Assembly (NCBI GenBank): GCA_013416795.1
Contig: RQSC01001079.1
Span: forward strand, 49,532-113,531
Direction of reading: 5' to 3'
Length of the DNA stretch: 64,000 nucleotides
Source of the DNA: Prasinococcaceae sp. CCMP 1430
Lineage: Eukaryota; Plantae; Prasinodermophyta
Positions 43,160 through 54,381 of the stretch are shown one piece after another. The first letter of the stretch is position 1; every line of letters begins with the position of its first letter. Made by a program: the position numbers and the translations under genes. The notes under the pieces were generated by a model, which was not told where the DNA came from, made no database searches, and saw nothing but the letters and a program-made list of their open reading frames with translations.

Positions 43160-45469
43160 ATGGCGGGGGGGCGCAGGTGGGGCGGCGGAGGAGTGGGCGC
43201 GCTCGCGGGCACGTGCGCGGCAGATGGCGCGGGGTGGGCCGGAGCGGGCGGCGGCGCCGTGCCGCTGCAGCGCCCTCCGGACATGGTGGGGACGGCGGGC
43301 TCAGGACGCGGCGCCGCCGACCCCGACGAGCACGCTGTCTTCGTCTCCGTCGCAGATGCGCCTACGTCACGCGTGGTCGTGTACACCGACCGCGCCGAGG
43401 TGACGCGCGCAGTGACGTCCGTGCGCGTCCCGGCGGGCCGCACGCGGGTGACGCTGTGGAACGTGTCGGCGCTGCTTGTGCACGAGAGCGCGCGTGTCGA
43501 CGGCAGCGCGCTGTCGAGCTCGAGCGGAGGACACGGCGCGCCTTCGGTGGCAGTGCTCGAGGTCAGCGAATCGCGACGCATGGGCGTGCCCGCGGGCGCG
43601 GCGCCGCCGCTGCGGCAGGCGCTCGAGCGCGCCCAGGCAGCGCTCGCCACTGCCGAGGCAGCGGTGGCGGACGCGGCCGAGCGGCTGAAACGCGCGCACA
43701 GACGCAGTGAAATGGCAGACACAGCGGTGGAGAGCGCGCTGGGTCGCAGCAATGACGGCGTTGGCGGCAGCAGCGCCTCGCCGCTCACGCGCCTCACCTC
43801 GGAGTTCGCAAGTATCAACGAGCTCCTCGACTGGGCGGACGCGCAGTTCGACGCCACGATGGTCGCAGTCGGCGAGCGCCGCGCATCGCTCGAGCTCGCG
43901 ATGCGCACGCGCGACGCGCGGAAATGCGATGTGGACGCCGCGCTCGCGGCACTCGACGAGCCCGCGGCGCAGAGCGCGCAGCCGGGCGTGAAGCCCTTGC
44001 GAAGGAGCAAGGGGCCGGCCTCATCCATCAGCGCAATGGTGGAGACATCTGGGCCCGCCACGCTCTCGCTGGAGTTCACGTACATGGTGTCGGGTGCGCA
44101 GTGGGCGCCCACCTACGACGTCCGCAGCAGTGCCGACCCGCTCGCTGGCGGCGCCGGCCAGGCCATCACTGTCGGTTACGTCGCTTCTGTGACGCAAAGC
44201 ACCGGAGAGGACTGGGCATCGGGCGAGCTCACGCTGAGCACTGCACGGCCCAATGTCGGTGCATCGCCGCCTCACCTGAGGCGCAGCACGGTGGGTCTGC
44301 ACTCAGTGCGCGCCTTTGAGGCTTACGGCGCGGCAGGAGACTCGTTCGCCGCCCAGGCAGAGCCGATGCAGCGCACAAGTCGCGCCCGGATGGTCAAGCG
44401 AGGGTCGGCTGAGTTGGCCATGGCAGCAATGGACAACAGCGCCGATGGTGCAGGCTACGAAGACGCTGAGGAGGACGAGGCGGTGCTCTTTGCAGAGGCG
44501 GTGTCATTCACAAGCGCTGTTGTGGCCGAGAGTGGCACCAGCACTGAGTACGTGGTGGCCGACGCGGCCGCGGTACCCTGCGATGGCCAGCCGCATCGCA
44601 TCACGATTGCCACCATGGAGCTCGCGTCGAGAATGAGCTACATTGCCGCGCCCAGGGCTGCTGCCAAGGTGCGTGCGCCATACCTTGCAGCGCCGATGCC
44701 CTGCGGCGGCCCTCGAGGCCACCTCCCGTGTCGTCTCCTATCCCTGCGCGAGTTGCTGACGCGCGTCCACGCGACCCCGCTCTCGTTACTCCTCGTTCCC
44801 AATCGCCTGCATCCAGGCCTACCTCACTGTCAACACCACCAACGACTCGGAGTTCGTCATGCTACCTGGTATCGCCCGCGTCTTCCAGGGAAACCGCTTT
44901 GTCGCCTCGACGCATCTGCCCCTCACGCCCGCTGGCGGCAAGCTCATTGTGCCTTTCGGCACGGACGACAGCGTGACCGTCACGGCGGAGCCGGAAAAGG
45001 TGATCGGCGACTCCAAGGGCTTCCTCATCAACGAACGGACGACCTCCAAGCAGCGCCACGCGATGGGCGTGACCAACAACAAGAGGGTGGCCGTGGAAGT
45101 GCGCGTTGAGGACGTGGTGCCAGACTCAAGCCACGAGGACGTAAAGGCGCGTAGCCGCGACATGCGCGGCGCTCTGGCGCTCTGGCGCGCGCGCGAGCGC
45201 GCACGCGCGAGCGCACGCACGCGCGAGGGCGCAGCTTCGAGCACCCCGAGTGCGCGTGCTGACGCCAGACGTCGCGCCGCTCGTCCACGCAGGTCTCAGT
45301 GGTGGAACACACGTCAGAAGCGTGCGCCGGCTGCACGCTGGCGTTCGAACACGAATCCAAGAAGCAGGATGCCGCGTGGAGGCTCGTGCTACCGCCGGGC
45401 GCCAAGCAGCAGCTCACGCTGCTATACGAGGTCTCCTGGCCGAAGGGCAAACAGGTCTTTGGCATCTGA
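43160..45469 (+). CDS. DUF4140/DUF4139 protein (F37C4.5/MuiA-like); introns 44669-44816 and 45141-45292
   Basis: VVVYTDRAEVTR (DUF4140); YMVSGAQWAPTYDVR, QSTGEDW..LTLSTARP, AYL..N...MLPG..VF..FV (DUF4139). Confidence 0.85.
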
Positions 45470-45737
45470 GGACGGAAGCAAGCGAGATGCAGAGCGGGCA
45501 CGCTGTAATAATAGACAAAATGGCCATTAGTGGCTCTCTCTGGAAGTCCTACCCGCAGTGGGCGTGCGAGAGCAGGCCGGAATCCAAGCGCAGCGTCGGA
45601 GAGTGACCTATCCTCCCGACCTCAGCTCAACTACTGCAACGCCCGCTGCCGTGCAAGCCTGCGGCCGCCGAGGGGCGAGCTGCGCCGTGTGCGCGCTCTC
45701 TGGCCCTGGCCGGCAGTGCGCCCGCGCGGCTTCCAGT

Positions 45738-46801
45738 TTATTTCTTCTTGTTCGGTTGCAGGCCTCCAAACCATCCCGTCTTCTTCGACTCCTTGGCTGG
45801 CTCCGCCTTGGCAGCTGTGAATTTCTGTGTGCCACCGCTCTTGAAGAGAGAGAAGCCGCCGGCGGCCTTCTCCACGGGTTTGGCCTCCTTCGCGGGTGCG
45901 GCCTTCTTGCCGACGCCGAACGAGAACGCGGGCTTCTTGGCCGCCTGGGCAGGCGCAGCCTTCTTCGCGGTCGCGGCCTTCTTCGCGGGCGCGGCCTTCT
46001 TGCCGACGCCGAACGAGAACGCGGGCTTTTTGGCCGCCTGGGCAGGCGCGGCCTTCTTCGCGGGCGCGGCCTTCTTGCCGACGCCGAACGAGAAGGCGGG
46101 CTTCTTGGCCACCTGCGCGGGTGCGGCCTTCTTCGCTGGCGCGGCCTTCTTCTCCGTGACCTTCTTCGTCCCTAGGCCGAACGAGAACGCGGGCTTCTTT
46201 GCCGCCTGCGCGGGCGCGGCCTTCTTCTCCGTGACCTTCTTTGTCCCCATGCCGAACGAGAAGGCGGGCTTCTTGGTCGCCTGCGCTGGCGCGGCCTTCT
46301 TCGCTGGCGCGGCCTTCTTCACGAGCTTCTTTGCTGGCGCAGGTGCCTTCGCAGCAGGAGCAGGCGCAGCCTCCTTCGTGGCAGGCGCCAGGCTGCCAAA
46401 AATGCCGCCAAAGAAGCCGCCGACGGGCGCCTTCTTAGGGGCGACAGGAGCGGCCGTCGCTGCTGGCGGGGCCTGCACGGGGGCAGCGACGGCCTTCTTG
46501 GCGGCGGGCTTCTTCGCCTTCGCCGAGCCCCGGTTGGCGGGCGCGGCGGGCGGCGGGCGGCTGAACGTCTTCATCTGCTTCACCTCTGTGGCGGCAATCG
46601 CCGCGAGTCGCTCGCGCTGGAGCTCTTCCTTGGAGGGCTCCTTCTTGGCAACGGGGGCGGGCTCGGGCTTCGCCGCGGGCTCTGGCGCGGCCTCAACCAC
46701 CTCGTCCTCGGCGACGGCCGGCTCGCCGCCGGCCGCGCGCGCCGGACGCACGCGCCGCGCGCCGCGGCGGCGGGCGCGCCCATGGACGCCATCGACGCCA
46801 T
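45738..46801 (-). CDS. Basic Lys/Ala/Pro-rich disordered repeat protein with 5x KKPAFSFG and a transit-peptide-like N-terminus; apparent 2-nt frameshift at 46734-46741
   Basis: Body frame open 45738-46733 with codon-level repeats. Leader MASMASMGAPAAAARGACVRRA is in a neighbouring frame. Confidence 0.7.
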
Positions 46802-47275
46802 CGCAGCAATCGACGCCTTCCCCGCCAACACTTCCCGAACCCCGGGCGCGCCCCTGCGCACCCTCTGCCACCCTCCCCTCCCCCACCCCCCACCCCCCAC
46901 GCCCGGCTGCGCCCGCAGCAGGGAACGACCCAAATCTGCACAAAAATCCATAATCTGCAGTTAGTGAAATTTCGAACCACCCTTCCGCGAACGCACTTCT
47001 CATTCCACATCAAACAACACTCACCCGACCCGATCACTAGCTTCGCGGAATAAATTCACCCAAATTTCGCGCGTTCGAATTAGTTGGATCGGGCGCATAT
47101 CCGCCGGCGCCCGCACGGGAAATCCGCCGCTGCCCGCAGCAGAGGGGGGGATCAGTTAGGGGTTTATTTAGGGTCTGATCAGATTTCAGGGTCCAAGTTT
47201 GGTTTTGGAGGACGTGCGATGGCCAGCTGTTCCCCGGAGGGGGCGGAGCCAGCCAGCGCCGCGCTCGCGCGCGCG

Positions 47276-47281
47276 GTGTGT

Positions 47282-47324
<43 letters not shown>
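47276..47324. repeat. (GT)n microsatellite (others: (GA)n 2321-2339, (CCGT)n 31057-31086, (GCCT)n 63542-63562)
   Basis: Seen directly. Confidence 0.9.
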
Positions 47325-47328
<4 letters not shown>

Positions 47329-47500
47329 TGTGGTGGTGGTGGCGGGGGTTGCCGTGCTGTGGCTGTTGGTGTGGGTGGGCGGGTTCGGGTGGGTGTGGGT
47401 GTGGGTGGAGGGGTGGAGGGCGCGGGGAAGGGCGCGAGTGGTCACACGGCGAGGCCTGACAGGGGCGGGGCGGGGCCGCCCGCGTCCCGGCGCCCCGGCG

Positions 47501-49345
47501 ATGGAGGCGGTCCGGCGGCGCTGCGGCCCGACGGCGGCGGCGTTCGCTTTGTGCGTGCTCGTTGGCGCACTAGCCTTCCTGCCGCGCAGGGTGCGTTCCG
47601 ACACTGGCGTCGGGGACCGGGCGTATCGAGCCCAACCGACGCGCGCCTCCGCCTCCGCCGCGCGGCGGGTGCCGTTCTACGACGAGCTCGAGCGGCGCGG
47701 CGGGGAAGCCAGCGTGCGCGTCTACGCACAGCCGCTAGATTCGGCGCGGTTGGGGCGGCATGTGGACGCCCCACTCGAGCAAACCAGGCTGTTGCCGGAG
47801 CTATTTCTGCTCGGTGGCGTCAAGTGCGCCTCCACATTCATGTTCGAGTGCATCAACTCGGGCATCTTTGACGTCAACTCGGCGTGCGGCCCCGACGTGA
47901 GCAAGTGGAAGGACTGTGTGCCGAAAGATGGGAAGCGTTACATCGTGACGAGCCTCAAACAGGTACGCGCGCTAGAGAGGGCATGGGCGCGCGCGCGCCC
48001 GATCGCGATCGCACCGCGGCGCCGGTCTCGCTGACCTGCGCGCTCATTCATGCGAACGACCCCGGCGCCAACCCGCGCGTGCGCCCGCTCGCTCGCTGGC
48101 GCGCCACGTGCGCGCGTGCGCGTGTCCGTGGGCCCATCAGGCCAAGGAGCCTTTTGGCTACACAGACATGCAGTTTGCCCAGGGCGATATCCGCCGCTAC
48201 GCTGGCCCCGACGTGCCGTTGGAGCTCATGCGGTACCACGACCCGGGAAGCTTCATGCGCGAGGGGGAATTCCTGGACAAGCAGTGCAAGCCGAAAGCTG
48301 GCGCCGTGCCCGGTGGATGCCTCGCAGGGCTGTGTCGCCTGTCGGAGCCTTCCGGAGGCCCGCTCAGCCCCAGAGCCGACAACATGACTGTGCTCAAGCG
48401 CTGGACGCACCCTGGGTGCACTGTACGAATGGCCGGCCCACAAGGCAAGAAGGCGCCGAGTGTGCAACTGATGCATCACTACCCTTGGCGAGAGGACCTG
48501 AGCGAGGCCGCGGTGGCTGCCGAGGGGACGCCCAACTACCTAATGTCGAAGCACGTGGCCGAGCGCGTGGCCAAGTACAAAGCTGGCCGCGAGAGCAACC
48601 TGCGATTCATCGTGCTTCTGCGCGACCCGGTCGATCGCGCGTACTCAGAGTACTCCATGTTCCGCACATGGGGTTGGGAGAAGGAACCCAACGTGACGGC
48701 CGCGCTGCTCAAGAGGCGCGACGCGCTGGCGACGTGCACGGGCGGGCTCGTCTTCGGGAATCGGCAGAGCGCCTTCGACGACATTTCCATTGAGGAGCTT
48801 CGAAGCATTCACGAGAGGTGCTTCGACGGCAAGGCCACCAGATATTTCGAGAACGGGCTGTACTACATTGGTCTCAAGGTGTGGATGTCCTACTTCGACC
48901 CCTCGCAGTTTCTGGTCATGACCTTCGACGAGGTCACCAACGCGGAGCCCGAGGTGTGTCTGCTCGCGCGCGCACGCGCACCCCGCGCCGTGCTTACACG
49001 AGCGCGGCGCGCGTAGGTTCGCCAGATGCCCCTTTCGGTCGGCACTGCGCGCCCGCGCTGACCACGCGCGCCTCGCGCGTGCCCGATTACGTTCCACAGG
49101 AGCTGTTGGGACGCATCGCAGACTTCGCCAATCTGCACCTGCCGGACAAGACGACCGCGGCCTCGCAAGTGTACTGGGGGCGTGCAATGAACAAGTGCCA
49201 AATTCGCAAGGGCCGGAAAATCCCACAGCACCAGACCACGGGGCACATCACCGACTCTGACGAGGCAATGCTGCGCGAGCTCTTCAAGCCGTGGAACGAC
49301 AGGCTTGAGCGCCTGCTGCCGAACGTGCCGATCAACTGGGCGTAG
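47501..49345 (+). CDS. Golgi-type PAPS-dependent sulfotransferase; introns 47963-48140 and 48954-49099
   Basis: N-terminal TM anchor; 5'-PSB loop FLLGGVKCAST, KEP, 3'-PB motif IVLLRDPVDRAYSEY, GLYYIGLKVW..YF..QFLV, LRELFKPWNDRL. Confidence 0.8.
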
Positions 49346-49410
49346 GGTGGCGCCTGAGGCAAGGTCGCAGTCAGGAGATGGTTCTTAATACATGAACACA
49401 CTAGAGCTGG

Positions 49411-51378
49411 CTAGTTGACAAGGCTGCGCTCCAGCGCGAACCCCTCGCTGCGGTCGGACGGGATGCTGTTCTGCTCGAGGATCTCCTTGGTGGAGGCCTG
49501 CACGTCCTTCGCTTCGAGCACGATGATCTCATTCTGGTCGAGGACCATTTCTATGTACTCATCACCGTTCGCCAGCGCGGCGTCAACGAGCTCGACAATG
49601 TGGCGCAGATTCCGCACCCGCTGGCCCTGGCACATTTCCACTGCCGCATTGGTCACGTGCTCGTACCCCAGGCTGATTTCGTGCGCCAGCACCTTGCTGA
49701 GGAGAACCAGCTCCTCGTCCTCCGTCGAGCGCATCCCGTGAATCATTCGCTCCACGAGGTTCACTGGCGCCTCAAACGTGAAATCGTCGCCGTACTCGGC
49801 GCGAAGATACGCTATTGGGAGCGGTGCAGGTGGCCGCAGTCAGTACGTGGCGGAGCGACGCACCGCACGCTCTGCGCAAGACACACGCGGGCACGCACCT
49901 TCTGTGCACTTTGTGAACACGAGCCCCGCGCAAACGAAGTACGGGGGCATTGGGGTGTCTATGTGCGCCGGCACGACGCGATCGATCACGCGCGTCGCGA
50001 TCTCAGTCTGTCGCATGACGCCGTCCCTGCTGAAGCTCACTTCTACGGTCTCGCCAGCGAACTTGTTCATGAGGCACACGGTGCAGCCTATCCGCTGGCC
50101 AGAGCGAAACGGGATGGTGCCGTCGCTCGCAATCTCAACTCCGTCATAGGCATGCAAGACATCCCCCGGCTGAAGCACGCCCGCCGCTCCCCCGGTGGGC
50201 TCTACACGCTGCACTAGCACGCCCTTGCCTCCCTCGGGCAGCTTCTGCCTCCGCCGCAGCGCGGCATTCTCCATGTTCTGCAGCTGCAATCCAAGCCGCG
50301 GGAAACCCGTGTACTTGCCATGGCGATGGTAATCGGTAAGGAAGTGCCGTATGATGGGCGTGGGAATACTGTTGTAGCCCGCCCCGGAGACACACGAATG
50401 CGCGCACGCGCACACACGCGCACGCACACACACACGCCAACACGCACGTTTGCATTGTCAAGAATGCGCGGCCAGCTGCTGTCAGCGCTCGCAGGCACGC
50501 CAAGACGCGCACGGACACGCTGGGAGGGGCGCGCTGTCAGGGATGAGGTGCGCGCCGATGCTGACGCACATGTAGCCCACGTTTTCGGCGTCGTCTCCGG
50601 CGAGCGATTCGAATGCGATGCCGACCACCTCGCCGCCCTCATTGAACACCGGCCCGCCGCTGTTCCCAGGGTTAATGGCGGCGTCAATCTGCACACTGAG
50701 TAGCTCGTGGCCTGCGAGCGAGTACGGCGTAATTTCGACTCGGCTCACGACGCCACGCGTGACGCTGAGCGTGTCGCCACCGACGGGGTACCCCACCACC
50801 AGCACGGTGTCTTCCAAGAAAGGCAGGCGGCCTAGGATCAGCGGCTCCTTGTCGCGTGTCGCGCCCGCCTCCCCGTCCAGCCAAAACCCGTCGTCGTCGA
50901 CGGTGAGCAACGCCATGTCGCACTCCTTGCCCTCCGTGAGCACGCGCGCGAGGTAGCTCCTGTCGTCGCCGCGGCGCTTGACGCGTACCTGCGTCGAGTG
51001 TTCCACCGAGTGCGCGTTGGTGAGCAGCAGCCTCCCGGGAATGACGAAGCCACTCGACGTGGACGTCGTTTGCCGCTTGCGCTGCCACGGCAGCGAGAAG
51101 TCCGGCTCCGCGTGCGTGGCCATGACCTTCACGACCGCGTCGAGCCAGGGCGCCTCTGCCTCGCCGCCTTCTTCGCTGTGCATGCGCTCGCGGGGGCTCT
51201 CCCCCGTCTCGTACTGCCATCCGAGCAGCTCCTCCGCGCCCGGTGCCTCGTCGACGGCGAGCTCACCCGGGCCGCCGCTGGCGCCACCGTCGCCGCGCGC
51301 GCCCTTGCGGTAGAAGTTGTGCGGGTGGGCCTCTTCGAGGCCAATCATGCCATCGGCGCGGCGCGCGACGCCCGCCAT
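49411..51378 (-). CDS. Deg/HtrA serine protease (DEG2/DEG9-like); introns 50569-50369 and 49898-49812
   Basis: FSLPWQ, SSGF, LTNAHSV (His), ECDMALL (Asp), [12 protein letters not shown] (Ser), GYIIPTPII, PDZ regions, YLRAEYG. Confidence 0.9.
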
Positions 51379-51680
51379 TGCGCCGAGCCTCCCCCCGCCT
51401 CCGCCCCTCCACCCCAGGCCACCCGCGGGCGCGCGTGTGGCGCGCGCGTGCGCGGGCGCTCCTTGCCTACTTCATACGCGAACGTGCGTGCAGCGCACCC
51501 AATGCATTTTGATACGAATTCGTATGGGTTACACATTTGAGGTAAATGTGTAAGTGATAGGGTCTGGGCGGTTCCCCGAGCGCTGATTTCGCGAGCGCTC
51601 GTGGCGCGGGCCGGCAGCGCGCGCACAGGGCGCCGCCCCGCGCCGCCAGGCGGGCCGAGGGCGCCCCTGGCGCACGCGCA

Positions 51681-52700
51681 TCAGCGCTTCTGGCTCTGCA
51701 GTATGAGCGAGTACGGGTAGGCTTTCCCCCCGTCGTTGGGCAGGGCGGGCTCGCCCACCCAGCGAACGTCGAAGCCCGCGGCAACGAGCATGTTGATCCA
51801 GCTGCCGAAGGCCATCGCTTTCCACCCGGCACCTGACGCGACCTCTTCGAGCGTTGGATGCGCGTCTAGCAGGATCAGCGTGCCTGAGGGGTTGGGTGCG
51901 GTGGAATGGGGCGGGATGATCGCGGTTGAGGGGGATGGAGGGCATGCCGGGGACGCGCCGTCGGCGCGGGCGTGCAGACGAAGTGTCGGTCAGCCGTGGC
52001 TCAGATGAGAAGGGCGGGCCGAACGCGCGCAGGCACCTCGCGCCGCACCTCCGGGTTTGAGCGCGGCGTGCGCCTCCTTCAGCACCTGAGTGGGATCGTT
52101 GACGCCGCCAAGCACCCAAGGCGCCATCACGAGGTCAAACACGCCAGCCCTGCATTCGCGTCGCGCGCGCATGCGAGCGCAGATAGCATGTCAGCGCTTC
52201 TCATTGGGCACGCGCGCAGAGGGGATGGGCTGGGTGGCACAGAGCGTGCATGGGCAAGAGAAAGGTGCTCAAGGGAGGGGAGGGAGGATTAGAGAGGCGG
52301 GGGCGCCGCGCGCAACGTACTTGATGCCCGAGTCGCGGTGCTCGCTCAGGAGAGGCGACAGGTTGGACGCGTCGCAGCACGAGACGGCGACGCGCGGCGG
52401 CGGAGAGGCGCGGTACCGACCCGACGATTGCAGCGTCTGCCACGCCTCACCCCGCACACGCGCAACCGTGCCACTGTCTGCATCCACGCCCGCCGCGAGG
52501 ACCGCGCCGGACTGCAGCGCGACGGATACCAACGTCGCCTGACCCGGCGCCCCGCAGTTGAGATCGAGAAACGCCCACCCCTTTGCTTTCGATCCGCCTG
52601 AGGTCTTCTGCTGGCCGCCGAAGTCGTCGGCGAACGCACGCACGAGGTCCACCACGCGGCGCTCGGCATCCGCCGCCGCGGCGGGCCACGCATCGAGCAT
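51681..52700 (-). CDS. Class I SAM-dependent methyltransferase-like protein; introns 52320-52150 and 52048-51884; 5' end may lie in the gap
   Basis: FLDLNCG (motif I-like), GVDA, CCDASNL, FDLV and ALKPGG|TLILLD rebuilt through in-phase GT..AG introns. Confidence 0.7.
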
Positions 52701-53055
52701 GCCGCGCGCTGCGGCCGCTTCCCAACTGCCGGCGCGCGGCGATGCGCCGCAGCGGCACGCTCCTGCGGCGGCTCGCGGCGGCGGCNNNNNNNNNNNNNNN
52801 NNNNNNNNNNNNNNNNNNNNNNNNNNNNNNNNNNNNNNNNNNNNNNNNNNNNNNNNNNNNNNNNNNNNNNNNNNNNNNNNNNNNNNNNNNNNNNNNNNNN
52901 NNNNNNNNNNNNNNNNNNNNNNNNNNNNNNNNNNNNNNNNNNNNNNNNNNNNNNNNNNNNNNNNNNNNNNNNNNNNNNNNNNNNNNNNNNNNNNNNNNNN
53001 NNNNNNNNNNNNNNNNNNNNNNNNNNNNNNNNNNNNNNNNNNNNNNNNNNNNNNN

Positions 53056-53318
53056 CAAGCTGGTCGGCATCGCGATCGTGCTCGGCCTGGCCGTGCTCGC
53101 ATATATTTTCATTCAGAACATGGTGGGGAAGGGTCGATAGATGCTCGCGGATAAGGACCGCATCTTCACCAATGTCTACGGTTTCCAGCCGTGGAACCTG
53201 CCGGCTGCCCAGAAGCGCGGCGATTGGGACAAGACCAAGGATCTGATGTCGATCGGCCAGGACGCCATCATCGACAAGATCAAGGCGTCGGGCCTGCGCG
53301 GCCGCGGCGGCGCGGGCT
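53056..53318 (+). other. nuoF: Bacterial-type nuo operon fragment: end of a small membrane ORF plus the 5' 59 codons of nuoF (truncated)
   Basis: ...LAYIFIQNMVGKGR TAG is immediately followed by ATG (53141) [35 protein letters not shown]. Purine-rich SD-like GGGGAAGGG at 53125-53133. No targeting peptide. Similarity stops abruptly at about 53318. Confidence 0.85.
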
Positions 53319-53542
53319 CGTGTGACGTGGCGGCGCACTCGCACGCAGGCGGGCGGGCGGGTGGGCAGGGGGTTGCCAAGGGGGGCGCAGGGGGTCGCAT
53401 TGGCGAAGGGCGAAGCGCCGAGCCCGCAGGAGAGCGGTTCGGTGCGCGCGCACGGAAGCGTCGCGTCGCTGACTCCTCTGCGCCGCTCGCGCGTGCTCCG
53501 CGTGCTGCGCGCAGGACGCGCGCTCGAACGCGCGCGCGAGGG

Positions 53543-54135
53543 ATGGCGACCATCGCCGCCGCCGCGGCGCGGCGCGTGACAGCCAACAGGCCGCGGCCTG
53601 CCGCCAGGGGGCCGAGGCGTGCGCGTGCTGCCGCGAGCGAGGGGCTCGGCAAGGTGGTGAGCGACGACGGCAACGTGTCGATGCTCTCGAGCGCCGACGA
53701 CTTCGACAAGGCCATCGCGGCCGCGGGTGACAAGCTGGTCGTGGTCGACGTGGCCACGACGACGTGCGCGCCCTGCAAAACGATCTACCCGAAGGTTGTC
53801 GCCTTGTCGAAGGAGTTCGAAGAGGTCGTCTTCCTCAAGATCAACGGTGCGTCCCGGCGCGCTTTGCGCGCGACTCACCCCCGCCAGCGAGAGCCCGCGC
53901 GTGCTGCCGGCACCCGGCGTCGCCGTGCGCTCTGCTGACGCGCTCACGTCCCCTCGTCGGTTGCGTAGGCGACGAGAGCGCGGAGACGCGCGCGATCATG
54001 AAAGAGTGGGGCGTGCGGTCCGTGCCCCAATTCCGCTTCTTCCGTGGCGGCGAGCTCGTGCACAGCCACACGGGTGCCAACGAGGAGAAGCTGCGCGACA
54101 ACCTCGCCAAGCACATGGCGATTACCAGCGCGTAG
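53543..54135 (+). CDS. Plastid-type thioredoxin (Trx-f/CDSP32-like single domain, TCAPC site); intron 53847-53968
   Basis: Arg/Ala-rich transit peptide; [24 protein letters not shown]|GDESAET, VPQFRFF. Confidence 0.85.
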
Positions 54136-54381
54136 GCGCCGAGAGGATGGCCCGGGGCAGGGCTCTAGAACTCAGAAGGAGAGCGCGAATCGCGGCCGCC
54201 GCAGCCGCGGAGGTATTGTACACATAGAGCTGTTTTTTTTATGGCACACTCGCGGCGCGCGGAGACTATCGCGTGCGGGGCACGCGAGAGTTGACGAGTG
54301 GTGTCATACAATTGGTGGCGCTCGTGCGTCTGCAAGTGGCCGTCGCGGAGGGTGGGTCGCTGCTGCTCGCTGCTGCCGCGC

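Noticed and set aside
45141-45152. Possible GC-AG intron (AAG|GCGCGT at 45147) in the DUF4139 gene
   Set aside because: A canonical GT donor at 45141 is in the same phase and is more parsimonious. Only RNA-seq can separate them.
45738-46400. Calling the KKPAFSFG protein a nucleoporin (Nsp1/Nup62) or histone H1
   Set aside because: It has no C-terminal coiled coil or globular H1 domain, and the N-terminus looks like a transit peptide. Kept only as an alternative hypothesis.
53141-53938. Apparent NuoF-thioredoxin fusion ORF (265 aa)
   Set aside because: The junction is abrupt, the linker is non-coding-like, and the Trx has its own transit peptide, ATG and intron.
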